From the NCBI RefSeq assembly GCF_006345805.1, contig NC_043008.1, positions 64,232,001 through 64,296,000 on the forward strand: a DNA stretch of 64,000 nucleotides, read 5' to 3'. Source of the DNA: Octopus sinensis. Lineage: Eukaryota. The position numbers and the translations under genes are program-made. Every line of letters begins with the position of its first letter. Position 1 is the stretch's first letter. Positions 1 through 11,359 of this stretch are shown piece after piece. The notes under the pieces are model-generated. The model was given only the letters and a program-made list of their open reading frames with translations. It did not search any database and had not been told where the DNA came from.

Positions 1-170
1 CCATTACGTTCTGAGTTCAAATTCTGCTGAGGTCGACTTTGCCTTTCATCCTTTTGGGGTCGATAAATTAAGTACCAGTTACGCACTGGGGTTGATGTAA
101 TCGACTTAATCCCTTTGTCTGTCCTTGTTTGTCCCCTCTATGTTTAGCCCCTTATGGGTAATAAAGAAAC
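1..170 (+). mobile_element. tRNA-derived SINE family B, 5'-truncated by window edge
   Basis: B-box GAGTTCAAATTC, core GTCGATAAATTAAGTACCAGTTACGCACTGGGG and tail GGTAATAAAGAAA shared with >12 copies in the window. Confidence 0.85.
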
Positions 171-1209
171 AGATAACTAAGCTATTTTACTAAATTCTTT
201 GTTATATTTAAAATTAATTGAAAGAAACACAGAGCCTCTCAAAATAAATATGGTAACAAAAGGGTTAAAAGGTGGGAGCATTTTATTTGGATACAAGGAC
301 TAGAGAAATTTCTTCTTCCCCCAGAAAACCAAGGAGTTTTCACTGCTCTATATCATTTCCATTCATTTGTTCAGCATTACTGTGATGCTGTTTCATTCCT
401 GACAGATAGAAGACCGAATAATAAAAGAAGAATAGAGCAAGAAATTAATAGAAAGGACACTGATTTATGAAAACCAGAGTAATATGAGGGGAAATTTTAA
501 CAGAGAAGAATGGGAAAGAAGAGAGAGGAAAAGAGCTTCTAAGATAACTACATGATGACTGTTGCTGAGACAACTGAGTTAATGGGGGGTGGGGTAGTGA
601 TAGGAGGGAGAAAGGGTGACAGAAGATGAAGTGAGAGAGAGAGAGTGATGACAACAGGACAGGGAAAATGATAAAAGAGTAAGAGATGTCAACTATGAGT
701 GATAGAAGGGGCAATAAATTCCATCATTTTTCTTGTGAATCAACTTTTAAAGATGGATTAGTTCTTTAGAAAAACTATCCTTTTCATTCTCCTAACTCTT
801 TGTCAACAACTCAGAATCACTTGTGAGGAACGTAAAAGAAATAATTAGTGAGAATAGACCAACGATTTTTGCTATAAAGAATTTTCTTGAACATGATGTC
901 CATATATATATATATATATATATATATTTTCAACAATTGAGGGTAAAATTAATTAATAATCAATTTCACCAAGTATTCAGTATGCAAAGGGACCATTTAA
1001 GGCGAATTCAAATTATTACATTATATAAAAGGGCTTAGTAAAATAAATTACTTTGCCGCATACTGAACTCATTAGAAATAGCAGCTAAAAAATCTTTTTT
1101 AAAACTATTTCCAATACTTAAAGAAAACCTCTCTCATATATTGTTTACTCAATTCAACTCACGAAAGTATGGGGGTAGAGACATTAAAAAATCAAATGCA
1201 AAGGTTATT

Positions 1210-1262
1210 TGAGAACGTACGTTTCAAGATTAGTCAAAATCGACACTTCTATCATCAGCTCA
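1210..1262 (-). ncRNA. minimal type-I hammerhead ribozyme, copy 1
   Basis: Minus strand: UGAG CUGAUGA uagaagugucgauuuugacuaaucuu GAAAC GUAC GUU CUCA; intact core, stem I UGAG/CUCA, palindromic AACGUACGUU stem III, imperfect stem II. Confidence 0.8.
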
Positions 1263-1766
1263 GAACTCCCTGGTTTGGATTTGAAAACACTGAAAGTGGG
1301 AGCATACCCTTTCGGCTTGTTATCGCTTCTGAAGATCTGCTCGAAACTAACAGTGCCAACAAACTCAAATATGCAAGCGAAGAATTACTGCTCTCCCCTT
1401 TCCACCAGCGTGGTTAAAATCAGCAAACACTATGCTTTTTTCGGTAAAATCCGAGGCATTTAAATAGAGAGAGATGAATTATATTTCAACAATTGAGGGT
1501 AAAATTAATTAATTAATCAATTTCACCAAGTATTCAGTATGCAAAGGGACCATTTAAGGCGAATTCAAATTATTACATTATATAAAAGGGCTTAGTAAAA
1601 TAAATTACTTTGCCGCATACTGAACTCATTAGAAATAGCAGCTAAAAAATCTTTTTTAAAACTATTTCCAATACTTAAAGAAAACCTCTCTCATATATTG
1701 TTTGCTCAATTCAACTCACGAAAGTATGGGGGTAGAGACATTAAAAAATCAAATGCAAAGGTTATT

Positions 1767-1819
1767 TGAGAACGTACGTTTCAAGATTAGTCAAAATCGA
1801 CACTTCTATCATCAGCTCA
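1767..1819 (-). ncRNA. minimal type-I hammerhead ribozyme, copy 2
   Basis: Identical to the 1210-1262 motif, offset by 557 nt. Confidence 0.8.
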
Positions 1820-1944
1820 GAACTCCCTGGTTTGGATTTGAAAACACTGAAAGTGGGAGCATACCACTTATATATACCATATATATATATATATATCAGC
1901 ATGGCCGCAGCTCTGAGCTGAAACTAGAAAAAAAAAAAAATGGT

Positions 1945-2400
1945 GCATTAGTGGCTGTGTGGTAAGTAGTTTGCTTCCCAATCACATGGTTCCGGGTTCA
2001 GTCCCAATGTATAACACCATGGGCAAGTGTCTTCTACTATAGCCGCGGGCTGACCAAAGCCTTGTGAGTGGATCTGGTAGATGGAAACTGAAAGAAGCCC
2101 ATCATATATGTATGTGCTTGTGTGTCTGTATTTGTTCTCCTACCATCACTTCGACAACCAATGTTGGTGTGTTTACATTCCCATAACTTAGCAGTTTGGC
2201 AAAAGAGACCAATAGAATAAATACTAGGCTTACAAAAAATAAGCCCTGGAGTCTATTTGAGTCTAGTGCTCCAAATCCACTCACAAGGCTTTGGCCAGCC
2301 TGTGGCTATAGCAGAGGACACTTGCCCAAGGTGTTATACATTGGGACTGAATCTGGAGCCATGTGGTTGGGAAGCAAGCTTCTTACCCCACAGCCACTAA
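1945..2400. mobile_element. SINE family A pieces in opposite orientations
   Basis: + copy GGCTGTGTGGTAAG...GGGTTCAGTCCC... from ~1950; minus-strand 5' half at ~2275-2400. Confidence 0.75.
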
Positions 2401-2404
2401 TGCA

Positions 2405-2455
<51 letters not shown>

Positions 2456-2556
2456 TTATTTATATATGGACAGCAGTCAAATGACTGAGACAAGTAAAGG
2501 AGTAAAAGAGCAATGAATAATACATACATACATACATACATACATACATACATACA

Positions 2557-2587
<31 letters not shown>

Positions 2588-2693
2588 GTATGTATGTATA
2601 TATGTATGTATGTATGTATTTGAGGATGGTCAACTTTTGCCAAGAAAAACATGCACCCTATATTTGATCTTCACCTTATTATTATTATTATTA

Positions 2694-2731
<38 letters not shown>

Positions 2732-4714
2732 TAGTTTAATTTTTATTTTTATAGCGTGCTTTCACTTCACTACCGAGCACAGCTCTGTGTGCCTTGGGTA
2801 TGTGCTGTGATTTGTTGTGATGCTCTGATGGTTATTGTATGGAAAGTGTTCTGCGTAGGATGTGTGCAGTGCCTAGTAGTGCAATTTTCTGTATGTTATA
2901 TGTGTTTGTAAGTCCTGGTGTTTTTGTTATGTATTTGTCTGAATATTTTTTTATCATGCCTAATGCACCTACTATGATAGGAATTATTTCTTCTTCTTCT
3001 TCTTCTTATTATTATTATTATCAGTATTATTATTATTATTATCAGTTTAGTTTATTTGTCAGAGTTAGACAGGACAAGAAGAGACATGGGGAACTGAAAG
3101 TCATTGAAGAGGTTACAGAATGAGTGACAAAAGAACTTAGGCAAACCAAGCAGTAACAGTATTAATAAAAATAATAATAGTCTTTTCTATTATAGGCATA
3201 AGGTTAAAATCTTTGGGGAGGGTGTAAGCTAATTGAATAACTCAGTGATTTTGTCATAATGTTTAATATAAATAATAATTTCTAATAAGAAGTGAAACTT
3301 TTCCTAAAGATAGCAGTGAGAGATATATAAAGTGATATGCAACATTCTGTTAAGAAACAAAAGCTTTCTTACTCTATTTTCATAAGAGGAAAGTGAGGGA
3401 CGTATCAGTTATACCAATTTCAGGACTTAGGTGACTTTGCATTTTTATTAAACAACAGAAGGACAAAATATAAAAACCAATCTCAGACAGGATTTGGCTG
3501 CAGAATATATATGAATATTCCTAACTTGTAGATTCTCTTTCTTCAGTCATTCATTCATAAAAAGTCTTTCTTTTTATATAGAATGATGTTGGCGAAATTG
3601 ATTTAGGTAATATGTTATTTTTATTGTAATGCAAGCCATTGTCGTGGCCAGCAGTGTGATTAGAAAATCAGACAAAATGTCTTGTGTATTTGTTTCAGTA
3701 CTTATGTAGTATGAGTTCAACTTTTCCTGTTGTCCTTCTGTAGTCAATAAAGTAAAAATACTAAGTAGGTACTAGGGTTAATTTAACTGTCTAATCACTC
3801 TCCTGAAAAAAAAAATAATAATAATGTAATTCCTTGTGATTATGTCAGAAAGTATTCTAAGCAAGGCCTAGCAAAGAACTCAAATTTTTTATCACATGTC
3901 AATAAAACATTTGTTAACTTGTCAGGGGTTCATTACACTAGCAAGACATACTTCGTGTTAATATTTATTTATACCCAGGCAGAATTGGTCATTAGAAAGT
4001 AAATTTTCTCTTGACATAAATCATTAATCCTTTGGCCATTAGTTTAAATCATATCAACTTTGCCTGAAAAGACAATTGTGAATTTCACCTTTACATTCAA
4101 TAAAAACTTTTTTTATATATCTATGATTGATCAATATAGAAAAGTACTTTACAGACAGTTAGTAAATTTCTGTTAAGGAAATATCTCCAGTTTCTCTTTA
4201 TTATGAAGACGGATGTGTAATGATGTCTACTAATAAGTGGTAGTGAATTATTTTCCTTTCTATAACTGAAACAAAAAGGACAGACAGATTTCTGTGAAGT
4301 TATTAAAAACCTTATATTTTAAAAACTGCTAGAATAGATTTACTAAAGAATGTCAATACTTGGACTCTACGTTGATCTTCATAATATTTATCACAATAGA
4401 TGTCATTCCAATGCAATAATGGTTTAGACAAATTTACTCTATTTCAATAGATAAATAATGAGAAAATCTCATTTCCAGACAGTTATAGCTGGTTTCCCAG
4501 CTTAGTAAAGTGTCACCTATCGGAGAAAATAAATCACATTTCATTGTGAATATAATCAAAAACTTTCTACTCTGCTGACTTGTAACTAAATAATTCAATA
4601 ATTTAAATTTTCTTACCCTAAAATTTGCATTAAAGCATTCTTTAGCTTAAAAAGAAAATTCAGAATATACAGTTGGCTGAAAGTGAATAATAATTCTAAT
4701 TCTCAAATAATGAT

Positions 4715-4940
4715 AATGGTTTCAAATTTTGGCACAAGACCAGCATTTTTTTGGGTGGGGATGTGATTTAAGTTGATAACATCAACCCCAGTGCTTAACT
4801 GGTATTTATTTTATCAACCCAGAAAGGATGAAAAGCAATATCACCCTTGGTTGAATTTGAACTCAGAACACAAAGGCAGGTGAAATGCTGCTAAGTATTT
4901 ACCTGGAATGCTAACAATTCTGCCAGCTGCCACCTTCTCA
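4715..4940 (-). mobile_element. SINE family B, diverged
   Basis: Reverse complement of family B head (CTGCCAGCTGCCACCTT), B-box and core. Confidence 0.75.
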
Positions 4941-5934
4941 AATGATAATATATTAAAAACAACTTCTCTGAAATGCTTCCTCCAAAATATAAATTTCTAA
5001 GTTAGCAATGAAATTTCCTACCTGCAAAATAATAATTTACATTAATTCTTTTTACTGCATCAACTGCCAGAACTAATTTTCCAAAATCTTTCCTACTGAC
5101 AAGATTCTGTAAATACCTGAGTTTAAATCCTAACGAATCATAGTAAACAGTGGGGATATATAACTAATAGACTTAAGCTGAATGACTTTGGAAGTAGGTC
5201 TGTTTAATCAGAGCTGATTTGAGGTTAAACAACAACTTCAGTAAGACGTGGGGTGAGGCAGATGTCTTTAGTACAGGACAAGAAATAGTTGCAAACCTAT
5301 TTACACGGAAGAGAAACATGTAAAAGAGAAATTCTGAGTTGGTTTGTTGAGAAGTCCTTCATATGAGGCAAGACACAATTGAAAACCTGTTCGTGCTGAA
5401 AGAAGTTCTGTTAATCAAAAGAGGTAGTAGATGAATTTAGAGAGATATGAAGGAGAGAGTTTGATGCAGAGAAACTAGAAATCTTCTTTGTTGACAATGA
5501 GACAGTTTTTTAAAAGGGAAAGTAAATTCTATGTAAATGCAGATATCCCTGTTTGGCATGGAGTAGGAATATAGAGTACAGCCTGGACAAAAATGAATAC
5601 AAAATAAATAAAATTTGATTACAAATCTAAAAATGTACAAAATGAGTTTTACAATAGCTCAATAAACGGCAAACAATAAAACAGATATCTACTTAGTAGT
5701 TAAGCTTTTTATTTTCTATTTTCATAGGCACAGTCATAACACACGACTTAGGGTCCAATTCCATGTGGCTTCTAATGCCTATGGAAGTAGAATATATAAA
5801 AGTTGTTTTCTGTTCAGTCTTTATGCATGGCACAAGGATCTTCTACAATAACCTCATACCAGCTAAATCCTTGTGAGAGGATTTGGTAGATGGAAACTGA
5901 AAGAATCCCATTCACATATATATATTTCAATATG

Positions 5935-6129
5935 TGACCGCGTGTGTATCATTGGCAACTTTCTTTCTCCGTCTTCCCTTCTTTGGACTTTTTCTATATT
6001 TCTGATGAAGAGCTCCGCTCGAAATGTGAAATCCTCTTTCTTTTCTTTCCTTTCCTGAGCGTCCAGTAACACTGTACTTATTCCACGTCCTCGCATTGTT
6101 GTTTCTTCTTGCTTGTTCATGATTGGATT

Positions 6130-6133
<4 letters not shown>
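5935..6133 (+). mobile_element. HHR-bearing Penelope-like repeat end, family 4
   Basis: Flanked by (TA)n; ends GGATTGAC-(TA)n like 16440-16632; contains an HHR motif. Confidence 0.55.
5998..6032 (+). ncRNA. degenerate minimal hammerhead ribozyme
   Basis: AUUU CUGAUGA A GAGC ucc GCUC GAAAU GUG AAAU: stems I and II are perfect, but GAAAC->GAAAU and the cleavage triplet is GUG (likely inactive). Confidence 0.65.
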
Positions 6134-6180
<47 letters not shown>

Positions 6181-6194
6181 TACATATACATATG

Positions 6195-6258
<64 letters not shown>

Positions 6259-6327
6259 ATGTATATATATGTATATATATATGTATATATATATATATGT
6301 ATATATATATGTATATATATATATATG

Positions 6328-6362
<35 letters not shown>

Positions 6363-6364
6363 TC

Positions 6365-6550
6365 CGTGGTTAGAATATTGAAATTACGACCGTGAGGTTG
6401 TGAGTTCGAATCCCGAACCAGGCTGTGTGTTGTGTTCTTGAACAAGACACTTTATTTCACGTTGCTCCAGTTCACTCAGCTGTAAAAAGGACTTGTGACG
6501 TCATTGGTGCCAAGCTGTATCGGCCTTTGCCTTTCCTTTGGATAACACTG
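6365..6550 (+). mobile_element. tRNA-derived SINE family C
   Basis: GTGGTTAG...GAGTTCGAATCCC head; TTGTGTTCTTGAACAAGACACTT...GCTCCAGTTCACTCAGCTG body shared with the ~19180 and ~46650 copies. Confidence 0.7.
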
Positions 6551-7691
6551 GTGTGTATACATGTTTGTGGTTGTGTCTTCTTGTTTTGATATTGCACAAT
6601 AGTTGTTGACAAGCGTCACCATCACACATTTAGCATCATTTATTTTTAATCTTCGGTACAAACATGTCTTAATAAGGATAAATATTAACTTCCTCGGATA
6701 CACTTGACAGTTGGTGACAGGAAGAGCATCCAACCATAGAAAATCTTCAGCAAATCCCATCTGACCTGTGCTAGCACAGAAAAGGTGCATGTCAAAATAA
6801 TGGTAATGCTTCTTGTTATATTCGCCAGTAAATTCCTGAGATTCTAACATAAAACAAAAGGAGTGCTGTAAACTATACCCCATGATTTGGGAACATTCTT
6901 GCTATTGCTATGACTTAAAAAAAAGCAGCTATTAAAAACCTTTGGGATTAGTCATCCCTTTGAGTTAAAAATATAAAGATATATATATCATTCTCTTGTA
7001 AGTTAAGACACCATTCAGAACTTAGCCAATAAGGCTAGCAGCTGGGTAAATCTATAGAATCGGCCTGTTAAATATTCATTACTCTTTGGAAAGTAATTGA
7101 TTATAAGAAAAGTATTTCAATATAGAAAGTCGGTACCGAGAACTCCCAGGAAAATATATTAGTTTGTAGAACAGTTTATTTTCATGTCAACATTGAAATA
7201 AGGTAATAAAAATGCTAATTTTTTGGAATGCGTACATTAATGATTTTCTTCTTGTCGACATTGAACATGTTAAATATTTCTGTCACTCTGCCCACAGAAA
7301 ACTAATGGAAATTTTTTTTTTATATTTTTATGTGTTGTCTTCCTGTTATTTAGCTTCAAGTCAGCTCTGATTGAAAAGACCTTCCGTGAAAAAATATTCC
7401 ACCCATGACCATCCCACATATTTTTTTTTGCAGTCACAACCTACTTAGGAATATAGGCAGTTCACTTCCAAACTACATGGTTTGGGGTTCAATACCACTT
7501 TACGGTATCTTAAGTAAGTGTCTTTCACAGTAGCCCTGGTCGACAGAAGTCTTGTGAGTAATTTTGGTAGGCAGAAACTGAGAGTAACTTGTTGTGTATA
7601 TGTATATGTACATACACACACACACACATATGTATATATATATATATATACACACATATATATAAATGCATATACATATATGCAGGATATA

Positions 7692-8065
7692 TAGGAGTGG
7701 CTGTGTAGCTTGCTTACCAACCACATGGTTCTGGGTTCACTCCCACTGCATAGTGTCTTCCACTGTAGCCTCAGGCTGACCAAAGCTTGTGAGTGGATAT
7801 GGTAGATGGAAACTGAAAAGAAGCCCATTGTATATATATGTGTGTGTTTGTGTGTGTATGTTTATGTGTCTGTTTTTCACTCTGCCAACATCACTTGACA
7901 ACTGATGCTGGTGTGTTTATGTCCCCATAACTTAGTGGTTCAGCAAAAGAGACCAAAAGAATAAGTAATAGGCTTACAAAAAATAAGTCCTGGGGTCGAT
8001 TTGCTCAACTAAATGTGGTGCTCCAGCATAGCCACAATCAAATGACTGAAACAAATAAAAGAATA
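7692..8065 (+). mobile_element. SINE family A
   Basis: tRNA-like head, internal (TA)/(TG) tract, tail CAGCAT.GCCACA.TCAAATGACTGAAAC; inverted partial copy immediately upstream (~7430-7600). Confidence 0.85.
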
Positions 8066-8076
8066 AAAAATTGAAA

Positions 8077-8109
<33 letters not shown>

Positions 8110-8114
<5 letters not shown>

Positions 8115-8285
8115 CGTAAAAAGCACCCACTACACTCACGGAGTGGTTGGCGTTAGGAAGGGCATCCAGCCGTAGAAACACTGCCAGATTTGACTGGGCC
8201 TGATGAAGCCTTCTGGTTTCACAGACCCCAGTAGAACCGTCCAACCCATGCCAGCATGGAAAATGGACGCTAAACGATGATGATA
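8110..8285 (+). mobile_element. RTE-3'-end-related short repeat (family D)
   Basis: GGAGTGGTTGGCGTTAGGAAGGGCATCCAGC...CCATGCCAGCATGGAAAATGGACGCTAAACGATGATGAT matches the 3' UTR of the RTE at 36900-37752. Confidence 0.75.
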
Positions 8286-8677
8286 CACACACACACGCAT
8301 GTACACACACATGGGCATATATACATATATACATCTGTATTTGTGTATGTATATATTTGTGTGTGCTTGTGTTTCCTTGTCTTCACATCATGTGATAGTT
8401 ATAAATGAACGATACCATCATAAAAGCTGCAGACCTTGCTTTCACTCATGTGTGAAAACATCTCCAGTCATGGAGAAATATTAGGGAAGATTTGGCTGAC
8501 AACAGGAAGGACATCTGGCCAAAGAAAATCAGCCGCAACAAATTTGGTAGCAGTAGTTATGAGGAGGAAGATGATGACAACGATGACGACGACAATGATG
8601 GTAACAAGGATGAAGATGACGATGACAACAGCAATAACAATGATGATGTTGATGATGATAATGATTATCTGACATAT

Positions 8678-8916
8678 GAAGGCAGCGAGCTGGCAGAATC
8701 GTTAGCACACTGGGCAAACTGCGTAGCCATATTTTGTCTGCCACTACTTTCTGAGTTCAAATTCCGCCAAGGTCGACTTTGCCTTTCATTCTTTTGGTGT
8801 CAATTAAATAAGTACCAGTTACGCACTGGGGTCGATATAATCGACTTAATCCGTTTGTCTGTCTTTGTTTGTCTCCTCTATGTTTAGCCCCTTGTGGGTA
8901 GTAAAGAAATAGATAC
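8678..8916 (+). mobile_element. SINE family B, full length with TSD
   Basis: 16-bp TSD TGATTATCTGACATAT at 8662-8677 and 8917-8932. Confidence 0.9.
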
Positions 8917-9479
8917 TGATTATCTGACATATCCGTGTTTTTTTTTACAACCAAAAAAATATCTCAATAGAGTGTGATTTAAGGAAGATTTAGCTGCTCT
9001 TTCTTGGAAGTCAGTCAACCATGAAGCAGCTTCTATCATAGTGACTAATTTTGATTTGATTTGATTTCATTTTTTTTTATGTGTGTGTGTGTGCATTTTT
9101 TTTTTTGATTTGCTACACTGAAACAGTACCATTCCACTTCATAAAAGGCAGCTAATATGAGAATGTCTTCGTGAAGGTTAGGAAAAGTCAAACGTGAAGG
9201 ATTCCTCACTTTGCAATGAAATTTATGCAACACTACATCAAAAACAAACAACTCGAATTAAAATATGAAATAAAAAATATAAACAAATGTATAAATAAAC
9301 ATATAAAAATTGAGTGGGCAGAGGCAGAAGCGGAGGATGCAATGAAATACACACACATGCACACACACACACACACACACACACGCACAAGTTTCAGATA
9401 TTTGTAGCATAATATTTATATTTAAATTTTTTTTTGGTGTGTTTTTCAACTTTATTATATTCTTACTATACAAATAAGC

Positions 9480-9759
9480 TTACGATAAAATAATAATAGT
9501 ACTAATACTAATACAACTAATGATAATAATTGTAATACTAATAATAATGATAAAAAAAAGCAACAACACCACCACCAACAATAATAATAATAATAATAAT
9601 AATCAATAATAATAATACTAATAAATAATAAAAATAATAACAATAGTAGTAATGATAATAATGATGATGAAGATGATGATGATGATCATCATCATAAAAA
9701 TAACAACAACAATAATAATAATAATAGCAACAACAACAACAACAATAATAATAATAATG

Positions 9760-9805
<46 letters not shown>
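9480..9805. repeat. compound (TAA)n/(CAA)n/(GAT)n microsatellite
   Basis: Direct inspection. Confidence 0.9.
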
Positions 9806-9807
<2 letters not shown>

Positions 9808-10094
9808 CTTTATTAAATGATAGGAAATATTAAACGAAAAAACAAAAAGGTGAAGGATGATAGATGGTTGAAAATATGGGTGATAAAAACCACAAAAATA
9901 GTTATATTATTATTATTAGTAGTAGTAGTATCAGTAGTAGCAGCAGCAGCATGAAATAGATGGAGGTGTGCAATGTTTGAGTATAGGAAAATGTATAATC
10001 AATATTCCCACTTCTTTTTATGTTAGTATGGCTTCTGTTATTTCTTCACAACTTTTAATTTCATTAAAGGCATCTATTTTTATTTCTTGCAGTT

Positions 10095-11328
10095 TCTATT
10101 TCTAATTGAGCTCATCAGCATGTGTGTGTACGTCGTATGAATTTGTTCTTGTGTAAGTGTGTGCGTGAGTATCAGTTTGCTTATTTGTAAATGCATGCAT
10201 GTGCGTGTCTGAATGCATATGTGTTTGCGTATGCATGTGTATGTTTGTGCATATGTATGCATTTCTCTGCATGTGTAATGAGTATGTATATGCATATGTG
10301 TATATGTGTGCATATGTATGTGTTTCCCTGTGTGTGTAATAAGTATGTATATGCATATGTGTATGTGTATGTGTGCTTGAGAGTACGTTTGTACCAGTGG
10401 ATATGTGTGTATATGTGTATGTTTATGCATGCATGTCCGTATGTCTGTATGTGCATGTGTATGCATGTTTGTTTGGTGTATGTATATGAGTATGTCTATA
10501 TGTGATCATATGTGTATATATGTGAATGTGTATAAGTGCATGCATATATACATTTACATGTATTTGTGTGTGTGTGTATGTGTGTATATATATGTGCATA
10601 ATTGTGAACATGTAGGCATGTGAGTTTGTGATTGGTTATACTGGTGTAGTGGGGGGAGGGGCATGACTGTGTGTGTATGCGTGTGCATTTGTAAACACCT
10701 ATGTGTCAATATGCCAGATAATGTGTGCAGTTAAATGCGTGGGTGGACATATGCCTGTACAGGTGTGTGTGTTTATATGTGCATTTGTAGATGTATGCAG
10801 GCACGTGTATGTATGACTATATCAACTTGTGTGTGTGTGTGAGGAAAATGCGTGGGTGAACCTATGTACATATGTGATTAAACGTATGCATGTATATGTA
10901 TGTTTGTGTGAGTGTAAATGCATTGGTAGGCAAACACACATGTGCATGCATCTTATGTATATGTCAACATGTGTGCGTGTCTGCATGTGAGTGGATCTAT
11001 GTAAGTATGAGAGTGTCAGAGGAGGCATATCTGCATGTGTGCATGAGAATATATATTTGTATATCTATATTTATGAACATGTAGATATGTAAGTCTATAA
11101 TCGGTGCTGTTAGTGGATGTGCATGTTTGTACGCATACTCTTTTACTTGTTTCAGCCACTTGACTGTGGCCATGCTGGAGCACCGCCTTTACTCGAGCAA
11201 ATTGACACCAGGACTTATTCTTTGTAAGCATAGTACTTATTCTATCGGTATCTTTTTCCAAACCGCTAAGTTATGGGGATGTAAACCCCCCAGCATCAGT
11301 TGTCAAGCGATGTTGGGTGGACAAACAG

Positions 11329-11359
<31 letters not shown>

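Larger units (their letters stand above)
925..1866 (-). mobile_element. ~556-bp tandem repeat (about 1.7 units) with hammerhead ribozymes; Penelope-like pseudo-LTR / retrozyme-like element
   Basis: 931-1308 is repeated almost identically at 1487-1865; block flanked by (TA)n on both sides; each unit has a minus-strand HHR motif. Confidence 0.75.

Noticed and set aside
1323-1380. Plus-strand CUGAAGA..GAAAC motif that would make the repeat ambisense
   Set aside because: No stem II can form (UCUGCUC) and there is no NUH triplet before the complementary AAGCGA
1169-1463. ORFs inside the 556-bp repeat
   Set aside because: Short, no recognisable domain, and opposite to the HHR-bearing strand
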